DNA of 64,000 nucleotides from a candidate division WOR-3 bacterium (GCA_039803205.1 JBDRYB010000001.1:299413-363412); one strand, 5' to 3'; shown: positions 40,675 to 50,839, numbered from the stretch's first letter. The notes: generated by a model not told the origin, from the letters alone. A program made the numbers and translations.

Positions 40675-42486
40675 ATGACATTTGGAATTCTTTTCGCTTT
40701 AGCCACCTTGGCCCAGCGAGAGAAGATGACCATAGAGGGCTATATGAGGCCCTTTAGGGAGGCCTTCAGCTCGTATATCTCCGTCGTTTCCGATGCTGAG
40801 GACCTTTATTACTCTGAGCGCTATGAAGCCGCTTTCAACAAGTATAACGCCATACTCAAGGGCGCTGAGAAATCCGACTACAAGATGATAGGCTACATAG
40901 GCATGGCGTGGTGCTATATCGGCCTCGGGAGATACTCTGATGCCCTGAAGATGCTGAAACAGGCCGACCTTTACGCTCCATCTGACCCCAAAACCCACAT
41001 AATGACATTGATGGGGAACGGCATATCCTCCTTCAACCTCGGAAAGTATCCCGAGGCATACAGGTATTTTTCAAGGATAACGGATGATTACAGGGATTAC
41101 CTGGAATACTGGCGAGACGCTTATTATTTCAAAGCCCTATCAGCATATGCGAAGGGCGACTACCCTCAGACGATAACCGATGTGGAGACGATACTCAAGG
41201 ACAGCCTGCATTTCCGGGGATACGAGAAAAGAGCGGATGCTTACATCCTCGGTGGGAAGGCGGCCCTCAATGGCGGGAACTATGAGAAGGCAGTCGCGCT
41301 CCTGAATGGGTTTATTTCCGAGTTCCCCACGCATCCGAAAGCGGGCGAGGCGAGGCTCCTACTCGCTGAGGCAGAGGCATCAAAGGGGAGCTACAAAGCC
41401 GCGATGACCGCATACGAGGATGTCCTCAATACATATCCATACCTGAAGGATCAAGCCCTGGAATCAATGGCTCGGGTATCGGTCAAGTTCGGAGACTACA
41501 TCGTTGGGGACACATCCTTCAGGATAACTCATCCCCTCATGGTTGAGGTCTTTCTCTGGGTCCCCGCTGTTGAAGCGCACAATAAGGGGAATCTCGCTAA
41601 GGCCATGCCCAGGTTCCTCAGGATGGCGAGGGATGTCCCTGAGGACGAGCGATCCGGAAAGGGTCTTGCCCTTATTGGCCAGGCCTTCGCTGATCAGGGG
41701 AGCTACACGAAGGCCGCTGAAATATTCAGGCAGTATATAGTCCAGTATCCAGCTGGGGAAGACATAGCGAAGGTGATGAACCTTCTGGCAAACTGCTACA
41801 TAAAGATGAATCAGTGGCGTGAAGCACTCAAGGTCCTTGACGAGATAATCTACAGGTTCGGCCAGGACGAGAGCCAGAAGGACTTGGTTGATGGCGCGAA
41901 AAAGAAGCTCTCGGCCATAATCAACGAGCACCCCGATGCGGCGGAGGGGCTCTCGTTTAAGACCCCCGGGCTTTCCCAGGATGCCGCTTTTCAGCAGGCC
42001 GCGGCCGCTTACAACCAAGGGGACTACGCCAAGAGCGCGCAGTTGTTCCTTGAGTTTGCGGACAAGAACCCAGGGGATCCGAAGGCCTGCAGGGCTGTTT
42101 TCAATGCTGGATACATTTACTTCCAGGCGAAGGATTACGCGAACGCCGTTTCCGCTCTCTCGCGCTATGTCTCGGGTTGCGGCTCCGGCGAGGACGCCGA
42201 GAACGCATACTTTTATCTGGGGGCCTCGTATTACTTCGCCGGAGACTACGCCAGATCCGCTTCAACCATGGAGGGTTTCGTATCATACTTCCCGGCCTCA
42301 CCCATGAAGCCAAATGCCCTGAAGCTCGCTGGCCTAAGCTACCTTGAGCTGGGAAATCAGTCCCCCTCATACAAGGACAAGGGCATAGAAAGGCTCAAGG
42401 AATCAGCGAGGGTATTCAGGGCACAGGGAAACCCCACCGAGGCTGAGAAGATAGAGAAGTATCTTGAGGGAATGGGGATAAAATAG
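40675..42486 (+). CDS. Exported TPR-repeat protein (YbgF/BamD-like repeats)
   Basis: Serial TPRs with FP/YP turns; ATG 40675 lies 6 nt after TATAAT. Confidence 0.82.
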   Translation: MTFGILFALATLAQREKMTIEGYMRPFREAFSSYISVVSDAEDLYYSERYEAAFNKYNAILKGAEKSDYKMIGYIGMAWCYIGLGRYSDALKMLKQADLYAPSDPKTHIMTLMGNGISSFNLGKYPEAYRYFSRITDDYRDYLEYWRDAYYFKALSAYAKGDYPQTITDVETILKDSLHFRGYEKRADAYILGGKAALNGGNYEKAVALLNGFISEFPTHPKAGEARLLLAEAEASKGSYKAAMTAYEDVLNTYPYLKDQALESMARVSVKFGDYIVGDTSFRITHPLMVEVFLWVPAVEAHNKGNLAKAMPRFLRMARDVPEDERSGKGLALIGQAFADQGSYTKAAEIFRQYIVQYPAGEDIAKVMNLLANCYIKMNQWREALKVLDEIIYRFGQDESQKDLVDGAKKKLSAIINEHPDAAEGLSFKTPGLSQDAAFQQAAAAYNQGDYAKSAQLFLEFADKNPGDPKACRAVFNAGYIYFQAKDYANAVSALSRYVSGCGSGEDAENAYFYLGASYYFAGDYARSASTMEGFVSYFPASPMKPNALKLAGLSYLELGNQSPSYKDKGIERLKESARVFRAQGNPTEAEKIEKYLEGMGIK

Positions 42487-42492
42487 ATACCT

Positions 42493-43284
42493 ATGATCCC
42501 TGATCTCAATCCGAGGCCGATCGCATGGATAACCCCGATCATATCAATCCTTGCGCTTTCCGCGACATGCAAGCCAAAGACCTCACCAGTTGAGGTACCT
42601 ATTAACATAGAAGAACGGTTCGCTGAGGCCATGTCCCTCTACGAGAACGGTCAGTATGCCAAAGCCGCTCAGATCTTCCAGTCCGTTGCTCAATCCCAGA
42701 GAGATGGGTTACACGCTTACACGGACGACGCGGAGTATTATCTAGGGATGTGCTTTCTGATGACGGGGCAGTTTACCGAAGCAAAAGGGGCATTTGAGTG
42801 GGTAATAAAGCATGCCTCATCTGGGGATTTTGCCCCGCTCGCATACATAGGCCTGGCAAGAGCATACCTAAAGGAGGCTCCGCCGGTATACCGGGATCAG
42901 AGCAAAACAACCGAGGAAGCAATTTCTATCTTGGAAACCTTTCTCAGTAAGTATCCGGATCACGAAAAGGCCCCAGAGGCAAAGGCGCTCCTTTCGGAAG
43001 CAAGGGACAGGATGGCCACCAAGGCCATTATGGCAATAAGGGTCTACGAGAACCTTATGAAATATGAGGCAGAGCTCCACTACGCGGATCTTTGCATCCA
43101 GGAATTTCCGGAGAGCCCTCTTGTCTGGCAGGCAAAGCTCTTCAAAGCAAGGGCCCTATATTTCCTATACAGGGATGATGAGGCGCTATCGGTTCTTGGA
43201 GAGATAGAATCCTCTGATGCTAACGGCGAGATAAAGTCAGAGGCAGTAATCCTGAGAAATCAGATCCTCGCGAGAAAACAATGA
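42493..43284 (+). CDS. bamD: Outer membrane protein assembly factor BamD
   Basis: Lipoprotein Cys, DDAEYYLG, RDQSKT...FLSKYPD...ARDRMA. Confidence 0.75.
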   Translation: MIPDLNPRPIAWITPIISILALSATCKPKTSPVEVPINIEERFAEAMSLYENGQYAKAAQIFQSVAQSQRDGLHAYTDDAEYYLGMCFLMTGQFTEAKGAFEWVIKHASSGDFAPLAYIGLARAYLKEAPPVYRDQSKTTEEAISILETFLSKYPDHEKAPEAKALLSEARDRMATKAIMAIRVYENLMKYEAELHYADLCIQEFPESPLVWQAKLFKARALYFLYRDDEALSVLGEIESSDANGEIKSEAVILRNQILARKQ

Positions 43285-43865
43285 AGATAGGCATCTTCGG
43301 TGGTAGGTTTGACCCTATTCACATGGGCCATCTCATAGTCGCACAGGATGTCCTGGAAAGGCTTGGGTTAGACAGACTCGTCTTCCTCCCCTCGTTCCAT
43401 CCTCCACACAAGGGGACCGAGGCCTCATACGAGGACAGGCTTGAGATGATCCGTCTGGGGATAGGCCAGGACAACGGCCTTCTTGAGGTCTCTGACCTTG
43501 AAAGGCGTCTCGCCCTTCCGAAAAGCTACACAGTTGACATACTTGAGGCTCTGAGAAAGGAGATGCACGAGGAGGATGAAGTCACCTTCCTAGTGGGGAC
43601 CGATGAGTTCGCGAACCTGCCGTCGTGGCACAAACCTGAGCGATTGTTTAAGCTGGCGAGGGTCGCTGTTCTCGCGAGGGCGATAAAGACCCCAATAACC
43701 CATGCCCTTGCCCAGCACGCCACATTCGTTCCCAACAGGGTTGTTGAGCTTTCTTCCTCGGAGATAAGGGAAAGAGTAAAGCGAGGGATGAGCATAAGGT
43801 TCATGGTTCCTGAGCCTGTTAGGGAATACATACTCAAGAAGGGGCTATACGCTGGGAGAGGATGA
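43281..43865 (+). CDS. nadD: Nicotinate-nucleotide adenylyltransferase
   Basis: GIFGGRFDPIHMGH, PPHK, SYTVD, LSSSEIR. Confidence 0.95.
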   Translation: MKIGIFGGRFDPIHMGHLIVAQDVLERLGLDRLVFLPSFHPPHKGTEASYEDRLEMIRLGIGQDNGLLEVSDLERRLALPKSYTVDILEALRKEMHEEDEVTFLVGTDEFANLPSWHKPERLFKLARVAVLARAIKTPITHALAQHATFVPNRVVELSSSEIRERVKRGMSIRFMVPEPVREYILKKGLYAGRG

Positions 43866-43877
43866 GGTCCTCAACAG

Positions 43878-44405
43878 CTACCAGCTGGCGTGGAAGGGAA
43901 GGATATCGCTTTCCCTAGGCAATATCTCCACCTTAATATCCTTGCCTCCCGCGAGCTCAAGCGCCCTTTCAACCCATCCGGCTACATTGTGCCTGTATAT
44001 CTCTGGGAGATCAGGGCATCCCGTGATGCAGAAACGCGCCGCGTTTGCCCCATCTGGGATCACGACAACCTTGCCGAAATCGTGATAAAAACCCCAGAGC
44101 GCGTTTGTCCTCTTTATTATGAAAAGTGGACTAGCGAAGAAAAACAGGAGCCTGTGCGGGCCCCTTGAGGCCCTGTCAACCGAGAACCTCCCCATCTCCC
44201 AGGCAACTGTTCCGAAATTCGCGCCCAGGGCCCTCTCCATCTCCTCAAGCACCATGCAAAAAGCCAAAAGCGGATACCAACTGTTCGGCTGAGGGCTCAG
44301 GGGTAATCCAGCGTTCCCGAAGAGTTCCCCCCACCTATCCCCCAGCTTATCCTGGGCAAAGGAAGCCAGCTCTATAACATCATATCCCCTTATGTTCATG
44401 CTCAC
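43878..44405 (-). CDS. H-NOX/V4R-like hypothetical protein (DUF2378-like)
   Basis: SWYP, MGRF, LW..YHDFG, GWVERALELAGGK pattern. Confidence 0.55.
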   Translation of the reverse strand: MSMNIRGYDVIELASFAQDKLGDRWGELFGNAGLPLSPQPNSWYPLLAFCMVLEEMERALGANFGTVAWEMGRFSVDRASRGPHRLLFFFASPLFIIKRTNALWGFYHDFGKVVVIPDGANAARFCITGCPDLPEIYRHNVAGWVERALELAGGKDIKVEILPRESDILPFHASW

Positions 44406-44493
44406 CTCCCGGAGGGGCCAGAAATTATATATTCATCATCCGGCCCGTTTCAAGTTGCAAGCGGATGCGGGATTGCAATAAAATTTTCTCCCT

Positions 44494-44566
44494 GGGGCCG
44501 TAGCTCAGGTGGGAGAGCGCTGGAATCGCACTCCAGAGGCCAGGGGTTCGAATCCCCTCGGCTCCA
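44494..44566 (+). tRNA. tRNA-Ala (anticodon CGC)
   Basis: Cloverleaf GGGGCCG/CGGCTCC with G3:U70, anticodon arm CTGGA-ATCGCAC-TCCAG, GTTCGAATC; no encoded CCA. Confidence 0.95.
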
Positions 44567-44569
44567 CTC

Positions 44570-44642
44570 GCGGCGGTAGCTCAGCAGGTAGAGCGTCAGC
44601 TTCCCAAGCTGAGGGTCGCGGGTTCAAATCCCGTCCGCCGCT
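44570..44642 (+). tRNA. tRNA-Gly (anticodon CCC)
   Basis: GCGGCGG/CCGCCGC stem, TCAGC-TTCCCAA-GCTGA, GTTCAAATC, U73; no encoded CCA. Confidence 0.95.
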
Positions 44643-44777
44643 TATTTATTCATGCAGGCTTCCAAGCTTTTACTCCATAACGGAAAAGCGCGAAAAACAC
44701 CCTGTTTTCGGTCAGTTATGGTCGGTTGGGAAATGGGCCTTTGTTCATCTGAGGCCGTGGGTCGGGTGAGCGAATCC

Positions 44778-45863
44778 TCACTTTGCAAAAACCTTGACCA
44801 ACTGGCCCTCTGCCATTACGAACCAGAGACCATCAGCTAATCTGAGGCCCCTTCCTGGCTCAAGGGTTCCCTGCCAGCCGAGCCTACCCAGCGGATCATA
44901 GGCCGAACATTCAACTGGGGCTTGGCCTGTCCAGAATATCTCTCCTGCCCTAACTATGAGCCTGCCGGGTTCAGGAGCGGCTGGCATGGTTTCGTCTTGG
45001 ACGAGGGACCGGCATCCCTCCCTAACAGCCCATATAGCGTTGCGCCAGAGCTCAACCGCGTCGTTCATGCCATCCCCGTCGGTATCCGCGCCATCCTGCC
45101 ATTCTGCAAGGAGTATTGAGAATAGCACTGTATTGCACGGCCACGAGCCGGCTGGGCCTTTCACCGTTATGAGGGCCTGGCCGTTCTGGTAAGTGGGGGT
45201 AAGTCCGCCCAGGAGAGCAACGGTATCCCCTGGTAGGGAATACTTGTAGGTTCCGTCGCCATCGTCCCACCAATCATCCCAGTAGCCAGTGTAGACTGAT
45301 GGTAGAGGGTTCGGGCCTCCGGGGCCAGTGTAGTTAGTCAAGGGATGAGTGAAATCCCAAAGGTATATGTCATAAGCATAGCCCAAGTCAGTATAGGGAC
45401 CCTGAGCGCCGAGCAGGTTCCAGAGCTGCTGATAAGACCCCTGTTGGTCACCGTCAAGGTCAAACTCGGAGAAGACGAGCTTGCCTCCCGCATTTACCCA
45501 GTTATACATGTCGTCCCAGGCATCCCAACCGAACTCGTAGCAAGCGGGGTGGTCAACAGCGACCAAGTCCCACGGCCCGTTGTTCCACATGTCGTTCAGG
45601 AAGGAGACATACTGACCAGAGCAATTTGACCAGTAGTAAGTGAAGGTATAGCCCAGGTTGGCGTTGAGCCACTGAAGGGCTCTGTATAGGTGGGTCTGGT
45701 CCCATGAGCGCATGAAATCATCAGAGTATGCGACGACCGTCCCGCCCTTGCCGCTTCCGAGGACGACCTTCACTGTCTGGCCCCCCTCGCCGCATGGGTT
45801 TATCCATACCGTAGCGTTGCTCCCTCCTGATGAGAGCAAAACCATAGCTATATTAAAGATCAT
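44778..45863 (-). CDS. Secreted uncharacterised protein with CTD-like tail (paralog of 15548..16522)
   Basis: GGAGG RBS; WDLVAVDH, GGKLVFSEFDLDG; AYDPLGR...LADGLWF. Confidence 0.75.
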   Translation of the reverse strand: MIFNIAMVLLSSGGSNATVWINPCGEGGQTVKVVLGSGKGGTVVAYSDDFMRSWDQTHLYRALQWLNANLGYTFTYYWSNCSGQYVSFLNDMWNNGPWDLVAVDHPACYEFGWDAWDDMYNWVNAGGKLVFSEFDLDGDQQGSYQQLWNLLGAQGPYTDLGYAYDIYLWDFTHPLTNYTGPGGPNPLPSVYTGYWDDWWDDGDGTYKYSLPGDTVALLGGLTPTYQNGQALITVKGPAGSWPCNTVLFSILLAEWQDGADTDGDGMNDAVELWRNAIWAVREGCRSLVQDETMPAAPEPGRLIVRAGEIFWTGQAPVECSAYDPLGRLGWQGTLEPGRGLRLADGLWFVMAEGQLVKVFAK

Positions 45864-45992
45864 GTCAAAACCTCCCTAGCTAATCCAGATGCATAGGTTA
45901 AACCTTAGGATCAAGCTCGTTCAATCTTTGGCTCCCCAATATCCAGCTCCCTGATAACGGCCTGAGCTGTCCGGGATCGTGGTGCAGGGTGA

Positions 45993-46319
45993 TCACCCTT
46001 GCGTTTGGCCCCTCACGGACCTCTCCACCCACCCCAGGTAATCCGGATTCCCTTCTGAGACGGACAGGGCGATTATCTCAGGGACGCTATACGGGTGATT
46101 GGCCTTGGTGAATTCCAAGAGGGCCGGGAACGCTTCTTCTGTCGTTTTTATCACGAGAAGGGCCTCTGTGTCCTCGCACAGATTGCCCTCCCAGCGGTAA
46201 AAGGATTTCACCGAGGGGATGATGTTGACGCACGCGGCCAGGTGGTTCTCAACGAGGGATTTTGCGAGGGCTTCCGCCTTATCCGGCGGTATGGTGCAGA
46301 GAACAACGAAGACCTTCAT
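45993..46319 (-). CDS. cutA: Divalent-cation tolerance protein CutA
   Basis: LAACVNI, SFYRWEG, HPYSVPEII. Confidence 0.93.
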   Translation of the reverse strand: MKVFVVLCTIPPDKAEALAKSLVENHLAACVNIIPSVKSFYRWEGNLCEDTEALLVIKTTEEAFPALLEFTKANHPYSVPEIIALSVSEGNPDYLGWVERSVRGQTQG

Positions 46320-46320
46320 A

Positions 46321-47607
46321 TCACGGATAGATCCTTTCCAACATCCTCGGGAAGGGTATCGCCTCCCGGATGTGGTGAACGCCCGCTATCCAGGCAACGG
46401 TCCTCTCCAAGCCGAGGCCGAACCCCGCGGTTGGAACCCTTCCGTAGCGCCTTATGTCAAGATACCACTGGTAATCCTCTATGGGCATGTTCATGGCCTT
46501 CATGCGCTCGAGAAGGGCATCAGGGTCATCCTCGCGCTGAGACCCTCCTATTATCTCTCCGCGGCCCTCCGGCGCGTAGAGGTCAGTGTTGAGCACAACA
46601 GAAGGGTCATCCGGATCGCGCTTCATGTAAAATGGCTTTATCGCGGCCGGATAATGGGTGATGAAAACAGGCCTATCAAAGGCCAGGGATATTATAGCCT
46701 CTTCATCAGCGCCGAAATCCTCATCTGGTTTAACGGGCTTGCCTGCCTTTCCCACTATCTCCCATGCCTCCCTGAAGGTTATGCGGGGGAAAGGCCTTTT
46801 GACTGCCTCAAGGGGCTTCGTGTCCCTCTCAAGCACGCTCAGCTCCAGCTTGCGTTTCTCCATAACCCTCTCCACGATATAGACGACCATTTCCTCCATT
46901 ATCAGAATTATGTCCTCAAGCCCTGCCCACGCGACCTCGGGCTCAATCATCCAGAACTCGGTCAAGTGCCTCCTGGTCTTTGATTTCTCCGCCCGGAATG
47001 TTGGCCCAGCGCAATAGACCTTTCCGAAAGCGTATGCTCCAACCTCCTGATACAGCTGGCCGGACTGAGAGAGGTAAGCCCGTTCGCCAAAGTAATCAAC
47101 CGGAAACAGGGTTGATGTTCCCTCGCACGCTGATGGCGTCAGTATTGGCGCGTCAAAGCGGACGAAGCCGTGGCCATCCAGCCAATCGGATATGGCTCTC
47201 TCAACCTCTGCCCTTATCCGGAGAAGCGCCCACTGTTTTCTGGAGCGAACCCAAAGGTGCCTAAGGGGCATGAGGAACGCGACCCCGTGCTCCTTCTTTG
47301 ATATTGGATACTCAAAGGAAGGGGAGACGACCCTGAGGTTCCTCACGGTCATCTCGTAGCCGCCCGGCGCTCGTTTATCCTCTCTTATTGTGCCTCTTAT
47401 TTCAACCGAGCTCTCGAGCCCAAGGCTTTCCGCTATCTCAAAATCCTCATCCGGCACCTCGCCTTTGACCAGGACGCACTGCATAAAACCGGTCCCGTCC
47501 CTTACTATTAGAAAGTGGATCTTGCCAGAGGAGCGGAAATTAGCAACCCAGCCCCTGATGAGGACCTCCTGGCCGACAAAATCCCCAGCTCGCTCTATGC
47601 TGAACAT
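46321..47607 (-). CDS. asnS: Asparagine--tRNA ligase
   Basis: RDGTG, LSQSGQLY, FRAEKSKTRRHLTEFWMIEPE, GFGLGLER; start ATG 47607. Confidence 0.93.
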   Translation of the reverse strand: MFSIERAGDFVGQEVLIRGWVANFRSSGKIHFLIVRDGTGFMQCVLVKGEVPDEDFEIAESLGLESSVEIRGTIREDKRAPGGYEMTVRNLRVVSPSFEYPISKKEHGVAFLMPLRHLWVRSRKQWALLRIRAEVERAISDWLDGHGFVRFDAPILTPSACEGTSTLFPVDYFGERAYLSQSGQLYQEVGAYAFGKVYCAGPTFRAEKSKTRRHLTEFWMIEPEVAWAGLEDIILIMEEMVVYIVERVMEKRKLELSVLERDTKPLEAVKRPFPRITFREAWEIVGKAGKPVKPDEDFGADEEAIISLAFDRPVFITHYPAAIKPFYMKRDPDDPSVVLNTDLYAPEGRGEIIGGSQREDDPDALLERMKAMNMPIEDYQWYLDIRRYGRVPTAGFGLGLERTVAWIAGVHHIREAIPFPRMLERIYP

Positions 47608-47707
47608 CCTGAAGATTATAATCCATGCATGCGTAGTTGAAACAACAAGCGTGGATGCTGGATAATATGAAACTGCTCCGCATTCGCGGAGAGTAGTGGA
47701 GGTTATT

Positions 47708-49111
47708 ATGCATACCAAGACAAACCTTAAAGACAGGGTTCACAGGGCCATCGTTGGCGACCCCGCTAATGGGATCGCTGGCCTGCAAGATGACCTCTGG
47801 ACCAACATTATTCCGGACATAAGGCGTAGCCATGGCTCTTGGCTATATGATGCTGGTTCTGGAAGGGAATTCCTGGATTTCAAGTCATTCTTCGCCACAT
47901 CAGCCGTTTCTTACGACCACCCGAAGCTTCTGGACAAGGCTTTCATGGAGCGGCTAGCTTGGGCTGGGGTTCAAAAACCATCCCTGTCTGACATGTGGCC
48001 CCTCGAGATGGCTGAGTTCGTTGAGACATTCCGCAGGGTTGCTGTCCCAGAGGGGTTTTGCCACCTGTTCTTCATTGAAGGGGGCGCTCTCGGGGTTGAA
48101 AATGCCCTGAAGGCCTCCTTTGACTGGAAGGTAAGGCTGAACATGGCCAAGGGCCTCATAAAGAACGATCCACAGGAGGAACCTCGTCCCCTGGGCACAA
48201 GGGTTATAGGCTTTGATGAAGGCTTCCACGGCAGAACAGGCTACACCTTGTCTTTGACCCACACAGCGGATCCCAGGAAATACAAGTATTTCCCGAAATT
48301 TGACTGGTTCAGGGTTAAAAACCCAAAAATCAGGTTCCCATTGACCGAAGAGAGCCTTGAGGAGGTCAAGCGCAAAGAGGATCAGGCCCTTGCCGAGATA
48401 AACGCCATACTGAAGGAGCACCCGCACGATATCGCGGCCATAATAATAGAGCCAATCCAGGCTGAGGGGGGTGACAACCACTTCAGGCCCGAATTCCTGG
48501 TGGCTCTGAGGAGGATAGCTGACGAGAACGACATAATGCTCATATATGATGAGGTTCAGACAGGCCTCGGGACAACGGGCAAAATGTGGTGTTTTCAGCA
48601 TTTCCCGCCAGAGGCGACCCCGGACATGATAGCTTTCGGCAAGAAGGTCCAGCTCGGCGGGATGATGGCGAGGAGCGAAAAATTGTCACGGGTAAAGGAA
48701 AATACCTTTGCGCCACTCCCAGAGAGCAAGAGCAGGCTCAATTCCACATGGGGGGGCAACCTAGTTGACATGGTTCGCTCCCAGAGGATCCTTGAGATCA
48801 TAGAGGAGGAGAACCTGACCGAGAACGCGGCCGCGATGGGCGAGAAGCTCCTTGATGGCATCAGAAACCTCGCGGACATGTTCCCCGGCCTAATAAACAA
48901 CCCGCGGGGGCGCGGCCTCCTTTTGGCCTTTGATGCGGCAACCCCTGAGCTTCAGGGAAAGATATGGCAAGCCCTATACGACGAGGGGCTTCTGTGCCTC
49001 ATCTGCGGCAAGCTCGGGGTTCGCTTCAGGCCCCACCTGGATGTCACGGAAGAGGAGATAAAGGAGGGCCTGAACAGAATAACCAAGGCCTTGGGGAGGC
49101 TCAAAGCGTAA
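47708..49111 (+). CDS. lat: L-lysine 6-transaminase (class III aminotransferase)
   Basis: FFIEGGALGVENALKASFDWK, FHGRTGYTLSLT, EPIQAEGGDNHF, DEVQTG, FGKKVQ, STWGGNLVDMVR. Confidence 0.9.
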   Translation: MHTKTNLKDRVHRAIVGDPANGIAGLQDDLWTNIIPDIRRSHGSWLYDAGSGREFLDFKSFFATSAVSYDHPKLLDKAFMERLAWAGVQKPSLSDMWPLEMAEFVETFRRVAVPEGFCHLFFIEGGALGVENALKASFDWKVRLNMAKGLIKNDPQEEPRPLGTRVIGFDEGFHGRTGYTLSLTHTADPRKYKYFPKFDWFRVKNPKIRFPLTEESLEEVKRKEDQALAEINAILKEHPHDIAAIIIEPIQAEGGDNHFRPEFLVALRRIADENDIMLIYDEVQTGLGTTGKMWCFQHFPPEATPDMIAFGKKVQLGGMMARSEKLSRVKENTFAPLPESKSRLNSTWGGNLVDMVRSQRILEIIEEENLTENAAAMGEKLLDGIRNLADMFPGLINNPRGRGLLLAFDAATPELQGKIWQALYDEGLLCLICGKLGVRFRPHLDVTEEEIKEGLNRITKALGRLKA

Positions 49112-49165
49112 ATAAACCCCCGGCCAGACCGGGAGGTGCGAGGGTTTTATCCGGCCGGGTGGTTA
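49112..49165. terminator. GC-rich hairpin between convergent genes (probable intrinsic terminator, large loop)
   Basis: AACCCCCGGCC...GGCCGGGTGGTT; followed by TTTATTT on the minus strand. Confidence 0.65.
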
Positions 49166-49188
49166 CTGGCACAATATGGTTCGCGTTT

Positions 49189-50763
49189 TTACTCAATCAC
49201 CTTGAGCACTTTTGTTCCTCCTTGATACTTCAGCACCGCAAAGCAAACGCCCTTGGTTAGCTCAAGGCCACCGCGCCCTGGGTTGAATGTGTGGGCCCCT
49301 TGGGTGAGAACGCCGTTATACAGGTTCTGGATGAGCCTGCCTGAGGCGTCGTATAGAGTGAGAGAGATATGGAAAGTTGCTGGCATGAAAAGATAGATGC
49401 CTTTGCCCCTCGGCTCTAGGAGAATCTTCTCCTTCATGATATCTTCTTCCTTTTCCCCTTCATATAAAGGGCTACAGCCTTGCGTATTATTAGGATCATC
49501 TATAGCGAAGATCCGGCTACTATCGGGCATCGCGTCCTGAAGACCAAAAACTATCTCAATGCATCCATCGAGATCTATATCAGCCGCAAAGGGCGAGTGG
49601 ACATCTGTCGAGAAGCCCCCCATGCTCCAGAGTATAGAACCATCCTCTCCGTTGACACATATGAGGGTATTTGTGGGTAGGTCGTCCTGCGAGAGCATGA
49701 TCTCCAATTTCCCGCCATCATTTCCGTCCACATCCACTATGGCTCCTTGGCAGTGTATCCCGGCGGGGAAACCTGTCTTGACCCATTTTTGGGTTCCATC
49801 TGTTCCTCTAAGGCAATAGAGACTCGGGGCCATGGTTCCTATTACCACCTCTATCTGGCCATCAGCGTCAAGGTCTGCTACCCCAGGGGAAGAGTATATT
49901 ATCGCGCCTCCTGTAGAAAAGCTCCACTTAGTTCCCCCATCCGTTCCCGCGAAACAATATATCACTCCGTTTGTGGAAGCCGCAATGACCTCAGCCTTTC
50001 CATCCTGGTCGCAATCATATATGACCGGATAATTCGGGAGATCCCCCATTAAGCTTCCTATTCTCCTAGCCCATTTACGAGTCCCGTTAGAGCCTTCCAG
50101 ACAATAGAGCGTGTCATTGGCGGCTATGACCACATCCAGGTCCAGGTCACCATCGCAATCAGCGACCGCGGGCCCTGCTCGACAATACATGATGGAGGAA
50201 TTGTTCCATATGGGGGTTCCGTTGAGTCCTGAGAGGCAATATACTCCGTTCATGTATGTGCCAAAGAAGACCTCAAGCACTCCGTCTCCATCCAGATCAG
50301 CGGCATTGGGTGAAGCCATTGTGCCTGGCGCAAAGGACCATTTCTCAGAGCCGTCAGAACCTCTGAGGCAATAGAGGTTTTCTCCATAGTCAGAAACGAT
50401 GATCTCAACAGCTCCATCATTATCCACATCAGCAACAACAGGAGTGGAACGCACACTTGAGATGAAGTCCCGTGTCCACTTGCGGGTGCCGTCCAGCCCG
50501 CTGAGACAATAGAGCTTCGCGCGACGGACGCTGGATCCATAGCTTCCCATGATAACCTCTGGATACGGATCCGCATCAACATTTGCGGAGCTTCCGTATT
50601 GCCACTCCACCATGCCCGCTGAGTCCGTTGGCGCACTCCACTGTATTACAGGGCTGGTAATGGCTCCTTTCATGAGCTGCTGCCCAGTATGAGCAGGATC
50701 GCCCGCCCACATGGTCCAGGTCTGATAGGCCTGGCCTACGAACATAGTAACTGCAATAAACAT
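49189..50763 (-). CDS. Secreted DxDGDG/PQQ-like beta-propeller with CTD-like tail (copy 1)
   Basis: Repeats ADxDxDG-xEVx-x-YCLxGxDGxxKW; LYDASGRLIQNLY...GV tail; GGAGGTG RBS. Confidence 0.85.
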   Translation of the reverse strand: MFIAVTMFVGQAYQTWTMWAGDPAHTGQQLMKGAITSPVIQWSAPTDSAGMVEWQYGSSANVDADPYPEVIMGSYGSSVRRAKLYCLSGLDGTRKWTRDFISSVRSTPVVADVDNDGAVEIIVSDYGENLYCLRGSDGSEKWSFAPGTMASPNAADLDGDGVLEVFFGTYMNGVYCLSGLNGTPIWNNSSIMYCRAGPAVADCDGDLDLDVVIAANDTLYCLEGSNGTRKWARRIGSLMGDLPNYPVIYDCDQDGKAEVIAASTNGVIYCFAGTDGGTKWSFSTGGAIIYSSPGVADLDADGQIEVVIGTMAPSLYCLRGTDGTQKWVKTGFPAGIHCQGAIVDVDGNDGGKLEIMLSQDDLPTNTLICVNGEDGSILWSMGGFSTDVHSPFAADIDLDGCIEIVFGLQDAMPDSSRIFAIDDPNNTQGCSPLYEGEKEEDIMKEKILLEPRGKGIYLFMPATFHISLTLYDASGRLIQNLYNGVLTQGAHTFNPGRGGLELTKGVCFAVLKYQGGTKVLKVIE

Positions 50764-50805
50764 CTCAACACCTCCAAGGTTATCTCGTTTCTGTTTCTGG
50801 CAGTA

Positions 50806-50839
50806 ATTATAACCGTGGATGTAATGCAGATGTAACGCA
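50806..50839 (-). promoter_or_regulatory. -10 box (TATAAT) plus two 11-bp direct repeats upstream of propeller copy 1
   Basis: Plus strand GATGTAATGCA (50818) GATGTAACGCA (50829); ATTATA at 50806-50811. Confidence 0.6.

Noticed and set aside
44643..44777. Possible integration scar after tRNA-Gly
   Set aside because: No duplicated tRNA 3' end and no integrase found in the window
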